This document shows positions 1 to 8,175 of a DNA stretch of 30,429 nt, piece after piece (the first letter of the stretch is position 1; each line of letters starts with the position of its first letter). The translations under genes were made by a program, and so were the position numbers. The notes below the pieces were generated by a model. The model saw only the letters and a list, made by a program, of their open reading frames with translations, was not told where the DNA came from and did not search any database. Location: positions 1 to 30,429 of IMG/VR virus record IMGVR_UViG_3300025652_008830; one strand, written 5' to 3'. This stretch comes from a virus (taxonomy: Duplodnaviria > Caudoviricetes).

Positions 1-459
1 TACACCCAAAACAGCAGGTCCATTGTGACCAATGCCATATAAAACATCATCAATATTAAATGCCCACTTGTATCCTTCTATCCAGCCAAGGTCTTGAACT
101 CTCTTTACCCCAGCCAAAACACTTGTACCATGATACACAGGAGAAGCATTAGGGTAAGATCCACCCTCCCAAGGGTCCGACTTCTGAGCCTCCCAATAAA
201 TATTCTCAACAAGATACTTATAATCAAGACCTTTTACTTCTGCTGGTCTAGCAGCTAATTCATGCCCCAAAGCAAAGCCAACACAAGCGCCTTCAGTACC
301 TTGGTCGAACCAATCATTGCAGCGCCATGTATAAGAACGAAGCTTAGTGCTTTTTCTTAAATCGGAAATAGAATGTCCTCTGCTCTTCTCGTCAAACTGA
401 ACTATACGATCAAGCTTGATGTCTTCTGTTTGTTGGTTGTTTTTTAGTTTTATACTCAT
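1..459 (-). CDS. Papain-like cysteine peptidase (C1 family), partial, runs off the left edge
   Basis: Not in the ORF track. Manual translation from ATG at 459 gives MSIKLKNNQQTEDIKLDRIVQFDEKSRGH...WFDQGTEGACVGFALGHEL...YWEAQKSDPWEGG...GTSVLAGVK...GHNGPAVLGV, open to base 1. DQGxxGACVGFA matches the papain oxyanion Gln/catalytic Cys motif (QGxCGSCWAF). Confidence 0.8.
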   Translation of the reverse strand, partial: MSIKLKNNQQTEDIKLDRIVQFDEKSRGHSISDLRKSTKLRSYTWRCNDWFDQGTEGACVGFALGHELAARPAEVKGLDYKYLVENIYWEAQKSDPWEGGSYPNASPVYHGTSVLAGVKRVQDLGWIEGYKWAFNIDDVLYGIGHNGPAVLGV

Positions 460-470
460 AGCGTTCTATA

Positions 471-481
471 TATTTATACAC
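471..481 (-). promoter_or_regulatory. GTGTA+AT-rich motif (GTGTATAAATA) upstream of the peptidase; candidate phage-specific promoter
   Basis: The reverse strand reads AGTGTATAAATATATAGAACGCTATG; the same motif recurs upstream of several other genes. Confidence 0.45.
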
Positions 482-509
482 TATTTGAGCAACTTTTTCA
501 AAATAAGTG

Positions 510-538
510 TTGACTCTTGTTATAAAAGAGGGTATGAT
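510..538 (+). promoter_or_regulatory. Sigma70-type promoter
   Basis: TTGACT(510-515)-N17-TATGAT(533-538); ATG at 546 follows after 7 nt. Confidence 0.75.
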
Positions 539-545
539 CACCATC

Positions 546-1070
546 ATGAACATACAACAGTATATGACTCCAGAAATATTAGGACCGCTAACATTCCTTA
601 GCGTATTGTTTGTGGCACTTCTTAGCTCCATTCAAATAAAGAAAATACAAGAAATCTCTGAGCATTACGAGCATGAAGATGAAGAAGAAGATGTCAAATA
701 TGAAGCTCATATGGAAAAGCCAAGCTCTGGTCAGACATGGTATCACAGGATTTCTTTTAACTGTCCTTGGCCAGTTGTGGGTGAAGAAAGCGCACCACCT
801 GTAAAGATTCTGCAAGTTAGGGGAGATTGGTTGCAGTTTGGGTCTGGTGATATTAAAACGACTATGAAAGTAAAAGAGTTTTGCAGTCTATACATGCGTG
901 ATGAATTCAATGACTTCAAGAAGGTTGAGGTGCAAGATTTTGTTCCAGAGCAAAAGGAAGAACCAGAGCCAGAAAAAGAAGAAGCTACTCCCACACCCGA
1001 ATTTAATGTAATTAAAATCCATGGAGAAGACTTTGTTTTAACACCAGTAGAAAAGAAAAATGAACAATAA
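546..1070 (+). CDS. Hypothetical membrane-anchored protein
   Basis: The track ORF starts at 507, but its first codons overlap the promoter, so the start is moved to ATG 546. N-terminal hydrophobic helix (ILGPLTFLSVLFVALLSSI) followed by acidic stretches. Confidence 0.7.
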   Translation: MNIQQYMTPEILGPLTFLSVLFVALLSSIQIKKIQEISEHYEHEDEEEDVKYEAHMEKPSSGQTWYHRISFNCPWPVVGEESAPPVKILQVRGDWLQFGSGDIKTTMKVKEFCSLYMRDEFNDFKKVEVQDFVPEQKEEPEPEKEEATPTPEFNVIKIHGEDFVLTPVEKKNEQ

Positions 1071-1260
1071 ACCATTCACCCACGTAAAAGACATGAGGCT
1101 CGGAGATGCTGCGTTAAGCCTCTCTAAGGACAGGAGAATCCTCTTAGACTTCGTTTACACATGTGCGTCTGGCAAACGCTCAGACGGCGATTACAGCCAT
1201 TCTAGAGAGTATTTGCAGCAAAAGGCAGAAGAAATCCTAGAAGAACTAAGACAGGCATGA
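1060..1260 (+). CDS. Hypothetical protein (66 aa)
   Basis: Overlaps both neighbours in operon fashion (ATGA overlap at 1257-1260). Confidence 0.65.
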   Translation: MNNKPFTHVKDMRLGDAALSLSKDRRILLDFVYTCASGKRSDGDYSHSREYLQQKAEEILEELRQA

Positions 1261-1466
1261 ACAAACAAGAAAAATTCATCTTAGCCGAAACATGTGCTAA
1301 CAAAATCTCAGTTCTAGCAGAGAAACAAGACAAATTGTTTGAAAAGCTTAAATTAGACTTGGGCGTAGATGCCAGCGATGAGTATTTTGTTGATGCATTG
1401 TTTGATTATTGTTTCAATAATGGTGAGTATTCCGCGAAACTTTTAAATAAGCATCTAAATAAGTGA
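1257..1466 (+). CDS. Hypothetical protein (69 aa)
   Basis: Coupled to the upstream ORF by an ATGA overlap. Confidence 0.65.
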   Translation: MNKQEKFILAETCANKISVLAEKQDKLFEKLKLDLGVDASDEYFVDALFDYCFNNGEYSAKLLNKHLNK

Positions 1467-1523
1467 ACCAATACGTGTATATAATTATGAAAGGAGGCCT
1501 TCTAAGTTAGAAGGTTAATAAGA

Positions 1524-1709
1524 ATGAGTATATTTTTAGTGGTAATATTGTTGGTTTTATTAATGAGTTTCTTTATATTCTTTTATTTAGAGGACTTCTA
1601 CAAAAACCCTATCACCAAACCGCTATCCCAAAGCTTTGTTGAAGCAGTGGTACAGACCATAATGATGTTTTTTGTTTTGGCGGGTTTTTATATTATATTC
1701 AGAGTTTAG
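1524..1709 (+). CDS. Small two-helix membrane protein
   Basis: Two hydrophobic segments (IFLVVILLVLLMSFFIFFYL; VVQTIMMFFVLAGFYIIF). Confidence 0.55.
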   Translation: MSIFLVVILLVLLMSFFIFFYLEDFYKNPITKPLSQSFVEAVVQTIMMFFVLAGFYIIFRV

Positions 1710-1712
1710 TTC

Positions 1713-1741
1713 TTGACTTTATTGTTTATCTTTGATATTAT
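1713..1741 (+). promoter_or_regulatory. Sigma70-type promoter
   Basis: TTGACT(1713-1718)-N17-TATTAT(1736-1741); ATG at 1749 follows after 7 nt. Confidence 0.7.
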
Positions 1742-1748
1742 CATTATC

Positions 1749-1844
1749 ATGATCAATAAGAAGACAGTAGTTTTGGGTAACGGTTTTTTAGGGAATGGAT
1801 TTTCGAAAAATGTTACAATGTTGCAATGTTTTTTGATTAGCTAA
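1749..1844 (+). pseudogene. Probable truncated remnant of an NAD(P)-binding sugar epimerase/reductase
   Basis: 31-codon ORF MINKKTVVLGNGFLGNGFSKNVTMLQCFLIS*, starting with a beta-strand plus GxGxxG Rossmann motif, directly behind a promoter. Confidence 0.5.
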
Positions 1845-1885
1845 TATACTTTATTAGAACAAATATTTTTAAAAAATGAATAACC

Positions 1886-2671
1886 GTGAAAAAAGCAAAA
1901 AACAAAAAAATAAAGTTTATGTTCTCGGCTTTGAATTTGTTTAAACACAAAACGCGAAAAGCTTCTAAAAAGTTCGAAACAATTTGTATTGTTGGGTTAC
2001 CTAAGTGCGGAACCACATATTTGTTGGATTTTTTTATAAATGGAAATTTTACCAATATAGTTCATAAAAGAAAAGAAGCTACGAACTTAATGAATGGCAA
2101 CAGATTTATCAAGTTTAAACATTGCATTGCCAAAAACCCAAGAATAATCTGGGATATAGAATATTGGTCTAAACAATTGAAATATTTTGACGATACTTCT
2201 GAAAAATGCCTTTTTATAGTTTGTGTAAGACCATACAACGATGCTATCTATAGTTTGTATAAATACTTTCAAAAAGGAGGGTCTATATCCAACAACATGA
2301 AATATAATATATTTTTAGATAGTCATAAGAAAACTTATTTAGATATAGAGAAAAACATAATAACATTAAAAAATACAGTAAAAGAGCTTGTTGTTTTGCG
2401 TTTCAATGAAAGCATAATAAATGAAAACACATATAAGATAATAGAAGATTTAAACATTGACTTTAAAACCTTAAAGGAGAAAAAATGGGGAAAACACACT
2501 CCAAAAAAAATGCCAGAAGGTGTATTTATAGATGAAGAATTATCTTTGGCCTATCAATCACTGTTAAACAACCCCTTGGTTAATTCAATAACCTATAAAA
2601 ATAAAAAGTACTTATACGAGGTCGGCGTTTTGTATAGATTTTGTAAGATTTGGAGGTCATTGAATTGTTAA
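1886..2671 (+). CDS. Sulfotransferase-like P-loop protein
   Basis: IVGLPKCGTTYL matches the 5'-PSB (PAPS-binding) motif; IVCVRPYNDAIYSLYKY resembles the 3'-PB motif (RxPxxxxxSxY). Start codon uncertain. Confidence 0.65.
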   Translation: MKKAKNKKIKFMFSALNLFKHKTRKASKKFETICIVGLPKCGTTYLLDFFINGNFTNIVHKRKEATNLMNGNRFIKFKHCIAKNPRIIWDIEYWSKQLKYFDDTSEKCLFIVCVRPYNDAIYSLYKYFQKGGSISNNMKYNIFLDSHKKTYLDIEKNIITLKNTVKELVVLRFNESIINENTYKIIEDLNIDFKTLKEKKWGKHTPKKMPEGVFIDEELSLAYQSLLNNPLVNSITYKNKKYLYEVGVLYRFCKIWRSLNC

Positions 2672-2672
2672 T

Positions 2673-2701
2673 TTGATTTATACAAATATTATTAGTATAA
2701 T
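2673..2701 (+). promoter_or_regulatory. Sigma70-type promoter
   Basis: TTGATT(2673-2678)-N17-TATAAT(2696-2701) in the intergenic gap before the glycosyltransferase. Confidence 0.65.
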
Positions 2702-2738
2702 AAGCTTGAAACTTCTGAGAAAATTAATTTAAAAAACA

Positions 2739-3365
2739 ATGAGGCTTAAGGTAATATCTGCTTATAATGAAAAATTTAGAGAAATCTCTGATCTTTCGTT
2801 TCCAACAATAGAATCTTTTTGTGCTAAAAACAACTTCGATTGCGAAAGAGTTTTTATTGAAGATTTTGATAAACCCCCATCTTGGTTTAAAATTCAACTA
2901 TTCATTAAAGAAATTCATACCAATAAGTATGATTATTTATTATGGATAGATGCCGATGCAATTATTTTAAATGAAGATTTTGATATAAAATCAATAATTA
3001 ACAAAGAAAAAACATGGCATGTATCTCGCGATTCAAATAATATAAACTGCGGAGTAATGCTTTGGAAGTCTTCTGCTTTTAGTTCTGTTATTTTAAATAA
3101 AATATGGTCAATGAATCAAAAATATCTAAACCATATATGGTGGGAACAAGCCGCCATGATAGAGCTTCTTGAGGAAAATTTTAAAAACATCAACGAACAC
3201 ACAGAGTTCTTAGAGCAATCAATTTTTAATGCTTATGAAATTGATTATTATGGATTCACCGATAGGTCTGGTCAAATAAACAAAAACTCTTTTATTTGTC
3301 ATTTCCCATCTCTAGCGATGGGAACAAGAATAAAATTAATTAAAAAATATCGCAATGTTATATAA
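2739..3365 (+). CDS. Glycosyltransferase, GT34 (GMA12/MNN10-like, GT-A fold)
   Basis: Motifs SWFKIQL, YLLWIDADAII (DxD), INCGVML, WWEQAAM, FICHF. Confidence 0.8.
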   Translation: MRLKVISAYNEKFREISDLSFPTIESFCAKNNFDCERVFIEDFDKPPSWFKIQLFIKEIHTNKYDYLLWIDADAIILNEDFDIKSIINKEKTWHVSRDSNNINCGVMLWKSSAFSSVILNKIWSMNQKYLNHIWWEQAAMIELLEENFKNINEHTEFLEQSIFNAYEIDYYGFTDRSGQINKNSFICHFPSLAMGTRIKLIKKYRNVI

Positions 3366-3906
3366 AAACAACGAAACAGTAAAGGTGGATCTGGCTCATG
3401 CGGAACTTGTTAAATCGCTCATTATGTGTCACAAGCCCAAAAACATACTTGAGTTTGGTTATGGGGGAGGTAGAGTGACAGACAAAATTTTAGAGGCTAT
3501 TTCTTACAACCAAAATTCACCTTCATATTCTGTTGTTGACAACTGGCTTGATGTAGGAGGCATAATTCCAGATGGTCTTTTAGAGGAATATAAAGGCAGG
3601 GCTAGAATTATTACATCTAACGAAGAAGACTTTGTCAAAAACTGCGATATAAAATTTGATTTTATTTTTAGTGACGCAGATCATTATAGAACAGACCGTT
3701 GGTTTCTTGATGTTTATTTTAATATGCTTAACGATGGTGGCATTTTAATATATCATGATATAAATTTATTTGGTGGAGCATTTCCTAATTTATTAAACAT
3801 ATATAAAGAAACATTAGAAAACAAATTTAAACATTATCTTTTTAACAAAAACTCTTTAAGTTCAGAGAGGTGCGAAAGGGGTTTATTGGTTATATTTAAA
3901 AATTAA
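3355..3906 (+). CDS. Class I SAM-dependent methyltransferase (Methyltransf_24-like)
   Basis: Motif I ILEFGYGGG, FDFIFSDADH, LNDGGILIYHD. Confidence 0.8.
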   Translation: MLYKNNETVKVDLAHAELVKSLIMCHKPKNILEFGYGGGRVTDKILEAISYNQNSPSYSVVDNWLDVGGIIPDGLLEEYKGRARIITSNEEDFVKNCDIKFDFIFSDADHYRTDRWFLDVYFNMLNDGGILIYHDINLFGGAFPNLLNIYKETLENKFKHYLFNKNSLSSERCERGLLVIFKN

Positions 3907-3910
3907 TATT

Positions 3911-4945
3911 ATGAAAAAAGTAATTATAACAGGGGTGACAGGGCAGGATGGTAGTCACATGGCGGACTATTTGTTGAAGAATACTGAAATTGATATAATA
4001 GCTGGTGTGCGTAGGCTTTCGGTAAAAAACCATGAAAACATAAAACACCTGTCTGATAACCCAAGGTTTAAGTTAATCGATCTTGATATCACAGACCAGT
4101 CAAATGTAGATCGTGTTATCTCAGAAGAAAAACCAGACTACTTTATTAACTTTGCCGCCAATTCATTCGTAGGAGTTAGTTGGGACATGCCAGAGAACCA
4201 CATGAATACAAATTGCATGGCGGTTCTTTATCAACTTGAAGCAATACGCAAGCACTGTCCAGATTGCCATTATTACAACGCTGGTTCGTCCGAAGAGTTT
4301 GGCGACGTAGTTACTGCCCCACAGGACGAGACGCATCCACTGCGCCCCAGAAGCCCTTACGGAGCATCTAAGGCCGCAGCGAGACACTTAGTAAAAGTAT
4401 GGCGTGAAAGTTACAATTTATACGCCATTCAGGGATGGTTGTTTAATCACGAAGGAACAAGGAGGGGCGAAGAATTCCTTACCCGCAAGGTAACTAAAGG
4501 TGTTGCTAGAATTGTTAAAGAAATTAGAGATGGGAAAACACCAGTTCCGCTTGAGCTTGGTAATTTAGAGGCTAAAAGAGACTGGTCGGACGCTGAAGAT
4601 TTTGTCCACGGTATTTGGTTAATGCTTAACCAAGAAAAACCAAAAGAATATGTATTAGCTTCTGGGGAGACTCATACTATTCGGGAATTCGTTGAGTCTG
4701 CATTTGGCTTCGCTGGATTTAATCCAGATGAATGCTATTGGGAAGGTGAGGGATCACATTCTAAATATTATCATTGCGACCAAATGCTAGTTAAAATAAA
4801 CCCAAAATACTACAGACCTGCTGAAGTTAATTTACTTCTTGGCGACCCAAGTCTTGCTGAAGAAGAAATGGGTTGGGTAAGAAAAACAGATTTCTATGGT
4901 CTAGTAAAGAAAATGGTTTCCAATGATTTAAGCCCTTCCAATTAA
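3911..4945 (+). CDS. gmd: GDP-mannose 4,6-dehydratase
   Basis: ITGVTGQDGSHMA, AANSFVGVSW, AGSSEEFG, PRSPYGASK, LFNHEGTRRGEEFLTRKVT, LGNLEAKRDW, YYRPAEVNLLLGD. Confidence 0.95.
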   Translation: MKKVIITGVTGQDGSHMADYLLKNTEIDIIAGVRRLSVKNHENIKHLSDNPRFKLIDLDITDQSNVDRVISEEKPDYFINFAANSFVGVSWDMPENHMNTNCMAVLYQLEAIRKHCPDCHYYNAGSSEEFGDVVTAPQDETHPLRPRSPYGASKAAARHLVKVWRESYNLYAIQGWLFNHEGTRRGEEFLTRKVTKGVARIVKEIRDGKTPVPLELGNLEAKRDWSDAEDFVHGIWLMLNQEKPKEYVLASGETHTIREFVESAFGFAGFNPDECYWEGEGSHSKYYHCDQMLVKINPKYYRPAEVNLLLGDPSLAEEEMGWVRKTDFYGLVKKMVSNDLSPSN

Positions 4946-5605
4946 AGACCAACCTTTAGATTGTTTTGCTTTAGACCTAACAAGCCTATCCAGAACCCAT
5001 GTTTTTAGCTTATGGTCTTTACAGACTTTATATGTTGTCCCGACAACAAGCTCTCCGCATGGATTTAAAAACTCATAAACCCAAGCCCTTTTTATATCTT
5101 CTTGATTAGAAGTCGCTCTTATGAAATCCTGAGAAAAGTCTGAAATTTTTGAAGTTAAATTTAATAATGCAGATTTATTTAATTTTTCCTTTTTACAAAA
5201 CTCTGTTAAATTATCTATTTCGACAACCTTTTTAGTGGAAGCTTTTATTAAAAATACTTTTTTTGATTTGGTATTTGATATCTTTAATTTTGTAGACTCA
5301 TTTTGTAAGTCGTGCTGTTGTCCTCCACACAATCTTATATTGTAGCCATTCGGTATATATGAATTAAAAAAATTAGCATAATAACCCTCCATGTCATTTA
5401 AAGCCTCTTGATTTTTAATTCCACTTTCTAAAATTTCAAATTTAAAACTATCTATTCCATACTTTATTACAGAATGTTTTAAATAAGGGTTGTTTGATGA
5501 TCTCCACCATTTAGGTCTATATCTCTTTTTCAATCCCACCTTAGTTTGCCCTATATATTTTTTCCCATTCAATATATTAGTGATTCTATATATTTGTCCG
5601 TTCAT
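4928..5605 (-). CDS. Free-standing GIY-YIG (Seg-like) homing endonuclease
   Basis: MNGQIYRITNILNGKKYIGQT, conserved Arg (KKRY), GYN motif and C-terminal basic repeats. Likely start ATG 5605 rather than 5653. Antisense to the operon; overlaps the gmd 3' end by 18 bp. Confidence 0.85.
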   Translation of the reverse strand: MNGQIYRITNILNGKKYIGQTKVGLKKRYRPKWWRSSNNPYLKHSVIKYGIDSFKFEILESGIKNQEALNDMEGYYANFFNSYIPNGYNIRLCGGQQHDLQNESTKLKISNTKSKKVFLIKASTKKVVEIDNLTEFCKKEKLNKSALLNLTSKISDFSQDFIRATSNQEDIKRAWVYEFLNPCGELVVGTTYKVCKDHKLKTWVLDRLVRSKAKQSKGWSLIGRA

Positions 5606-5646
5606 GTCATTAATTACACTAATTAGTAAAAAATATGAAAAAACTA

Positions 5647-5675
5647 TTGACAACGATATTAAGCTATGATATTGT
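5647..5675 (+). promoter_or_regulatory. Sigma70-type promoter of the replication operon
   Basis: TTGACA(5647-5652)-N17-TATTGT(5670-5675) with an extended TGn; ATG at 5682 follows after 6 nt. Confidence 0.7.
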
Positions 5676-5681
5676 TATCAC

Positions 5682-6131
5682 ATGCCTAGAGGTCAAAAGA
5701 AATGCAAATCATGCGGAGAGTTTGTTGGGTCGAGAGTCTCAACCTGTTCTTGCGGTCATGTATTCCCAAAGGCAAAGCCGAAGAAAAAAGCCAAACCCTT
5801 CTTTAAAGAAAGGAAGGAGTTTATTAAGCGGATGCTTAAGGGAGGCAAGTCAGAAAACTTGCAGTTGGATATGATGGTTGTAACCAAGATATTCGAATCT
5901 TTTGACAATAATTTGGATTTCTTAAACAATATCTCTCCTCCCTTTAAGCTTGATAAAAGTATAAAGTTCTTTTTAACAGGGGATGGCAAAAAATATCTCA
6001 ACAAGAAAAAATTGGAGTTTGATTACATTCCTCCAGAGATTGAGAAAATAGTTGACTGCAACGAGAAGATAGGTAATGATATATCTACAAACAAAATAAA
6101 AACATTAAGACAATTTTTAAACAATGAGTAA
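5682..6131 (+). CDS. Hypothetical protein with N-terminal zinc ribbon
   Basis: CKSC...CSCGHVF followed by a Lys-rich segment; overlaps the recA start. Confidence 0.75.
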   Translation: MPRGQKKCKSCGEFVGSRVSTCSCGHVFPKAKPKKKAKPFFKERKEFIKRMLKGGKSENLQLDMMVVTKIFESFDNNLDFLNNISPPFKLDKSIKFFLTGDGKKYLNKKKLEFDYIPPEIEKIVDCNEKIGNDISTNKIKTLRQFLNNE

Positions 6132-7233
6132 AATAAAAACATCAGAGTTTGCTAAGGAATACCTTAAAGCAAACAAGGACTTGCATTATAACCTAACTGA
6201 AGACGTAGATGAATACGTTGTATCTAGCGGTTCAATGAATTTAGATTCATACTTGGGCGGAGGACTATCTTCTGGAGTGCATCGATTCGTTGGGGCTAAC
6301 GAAGGAGGCAAAACCAATGAAGCTTTACAAGTAATGTACAACATGCTAAATACGGTTGAAAACTCAAAAGCTTTATTTGTAAAAGCAGAGGGGAGACTTT
6401 CTAAAGATGTTAGAAAGCGTTCTGGAATAACCTTTGTTACCGATCCAGATGAATGGGTTGTAGGAACATGTTTCGTTTTTGAAAGTAATGTTTTTGATGC
6501 TGTTTTTGATTTTCTTAGAGGCTTGCTAAAGAACAACCCAGACAAAGAAAGGCTTTGCGTTGTAATAGATAGTATGGATGGTCTCTTGCCCCAATCAGAA
6601 CTTGAAAAAAGAACTAGTGACGCGGCAAAAGTTGCGGCTGGAGCTTTAATGACTTCGGATTTCCTCAAGAGAGTTAGTCTTGGTATGTGTAAATTCGGAC
6701 ATATGCTGATTATGATTTCTCAGATCAGAGCAAAGGTAGATATTAATCCTTATGCAAAAGGAGACCCAAACAATCAGACAAATGCAAGTGGTGGAAACGC
6801 TGCTTTACATTATCCAGATTGGATCTTAGAATTCCAAAAACAATTCAAGTCAGATAAAATCTTAGAAAAGCCAACCGAACAAATCGGGCCTAATAATAAA
6901 ATATATGGACATATGGCTAAAGTTCTTATTTGTAAGTCTACTAATGAATCCACTGGCCAGCTTGTAAAATACCCAATTAAACACGGCAGGATTAATGGAA
7001 AATCTATTTGGGTCGAACGTGAAATTGTAGAGATGCTTCTCATGTGGGACTTTATGGGTAAAAAGGGTTCTTGGTTTGACTTTGATGAAGAGGTAATATC
7101 TTATTTGGCAGACAAAGAGGTTGAATCAAAAACTAAATTTCAGGGCATGGCGTCTATATATGAATATCTGGAAAAAAACCCTAAAGTTTCAGAGGTTCTA
7201 GAACAGTTTGTTAAAGAAAAAATTCTTACCTAA
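6124..7233 (+). CDS. recA: RecA/UvsX-like recombinase
   Basis: SSGSMNLDSYLGGGL, Walker A GANEGGKT, Walker B VVIDS, ISQIR, SGGNAALHY, KKGSWF. Confidence 0.9.
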   Translation: MSKIKTSEFAKEYLKANKDLHYNLTEDVDEYVVSSGSMNLDSYLGGGLSSGVHRFVGANEGGKTNEALQVMYNMLNTVENSKALFVKAEGRLSKDVRKRSGITFVTDPDEWVVGTCFVFESNVFDAVFDFLRGLLKNNPDKERLCVVIDSMDGLLPQSELEKRTSDAAKVAAGALMTSDFLKRVSLGMCKFGHMLIMISQIRAKVDINPYAKGDPNNQTNASGGNAALHYPDWILEFQKQFKSDKILEKPTEQIGPNNKIYGHMAKVLICKSTNESTGQLVKYPIKHGRINGKSIWVEREIVEMLLMWDFMGKKGSWFDFDEEVISYLADKEVESKTKFQGMASIYEYLEKNPKVSEVLEQFVKEKILT

Positions 7234-7640
7234 TGATATTTACATCAATACACGGTAGAGATTTAAAAATGAAAAACCCCACAAAATACTTAATTAAGTG
7301 GGATAAAAAATGCAGGAGTAAGATACAAAAAAGAGTAAAGGATTTACTCTATAAACATTGGCTTGCAGATGTTGTCTTTGAAGAGTTCCCCGTAATGGGT
7401 TCTAGGATGACTATTGACTTTTATAACGCGAACAAGAAAATAGCAATAGAGGTTGATGGAGGCCAACACTATAAGTATAATAAATTTTTTCACGCGAATG
7501 ATAGGCAGAAGTTTCTAGAACAATTAAAAAGAGACGAAACAAAAGATAACTTCTGTGAAATGAATAAAATAGAACTTATAAGAATCATAGAATCAGACAA
7601 ATTAGATGACAATTTATTGAAAACACTAAAAATTATATGA
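7233..7640 (+). CDS. Vsr/DUF559-like PD-(D/E)XK endonuclease
   Basis: EEFPV...IDFY...IAIEVDGGQH...RDETKDNFCEMNKIELIRI. Confidence 0.8.
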   Translation: MIFTSIHGRDLKMKNPTKYLIKWDKKCRSKIQKRVKDLLYKHWLADVVFEEFPVMGSRMTIDFYNANKKIAIEVDGGQHYKYNKFFHANDRQKFLEQLKRDETKDNFCEMNKIELIRIIESDKLDDNLLKTLKII

Positions 7641-7876
7641 ATCCCAAAAAACAAATCAAACAAGAATCAACAATACCCGAAAGCCTCCTTACTCGCCTTT
7701 ATGATAGTACTGGGTGTATGTCTTACGGCACAAAAGGATTTCTCCTTTTTTATGTTAACGACCAAGGGACTCCTTCTGTTTTCTCTAATACAAGTAATGC
7801 TTGTATAGATATGGCTCTCCATAAACTTGTAGAGCTATACATGACACAACCACAAAGACCAAACGACAACTTATGA
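7637..7876 (+). CDS. Hypothetical protein (79 aa)
   Basis: ATGA overlaps at both ends. Confidence 0.7.
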   Translation: MNPKKQIKQESTIPESLLTRLYDSTGCMSYGTKGFLLFYVNDQGTPSVFSNTSNACIDMALHKLVELYMTQPQRPNDNL

Positions 7877-8166
7877 AAATTTTACTTATACTCGCTTTGC
7901 TTTTAGCTATTAACACTTCTTGCTATGCTCATTGCGGAAATTCTTGCTACCAAAATTCATATAGGCCTCCATCGACAGGGTTTCTTCCTTGCGGGTGCAG
8001 CTACTATTTAAGGAAAAAATTTGTTGGTTGGGATTGTAATAAAAAGCCCATTTATCGGTATGTTAAAATAAGTTCACATAAACGTTGCAGGGAAAGACAT
8101 TATATGCATAATAGATATAAACCAAGATACTACCTACCCACTTATAAAAACCCACAAAAAAGATAA
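7873..8166 (+). CDS. Small secreted Cys/Tyr/Arg-rich protein
   Basis: Signal-peptide-like MKILLILALLLAINTSCYA followed by a basic, Cys-rich mature part. Confidence 0.7.
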   Translation: MKILLILALLLAINTSCYAHCGNSCYQNSYRPPSTGFLPCGCSYYLRKKFVGWDCNKKPIYRYVKISSHKRCRERHYMHNRYKPRYYLPTYKNPQKR

Positions 8167-8175
8167 ATTTAAATA

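Noticed and set aside
1487-1510. Mini-ORF MKGGLLS with an AAGGAGG sequence as a leader peptide or RBS
   Set aside because: It is too short to support, and the SD-like sequence is about 26 nt from ATG 1524.
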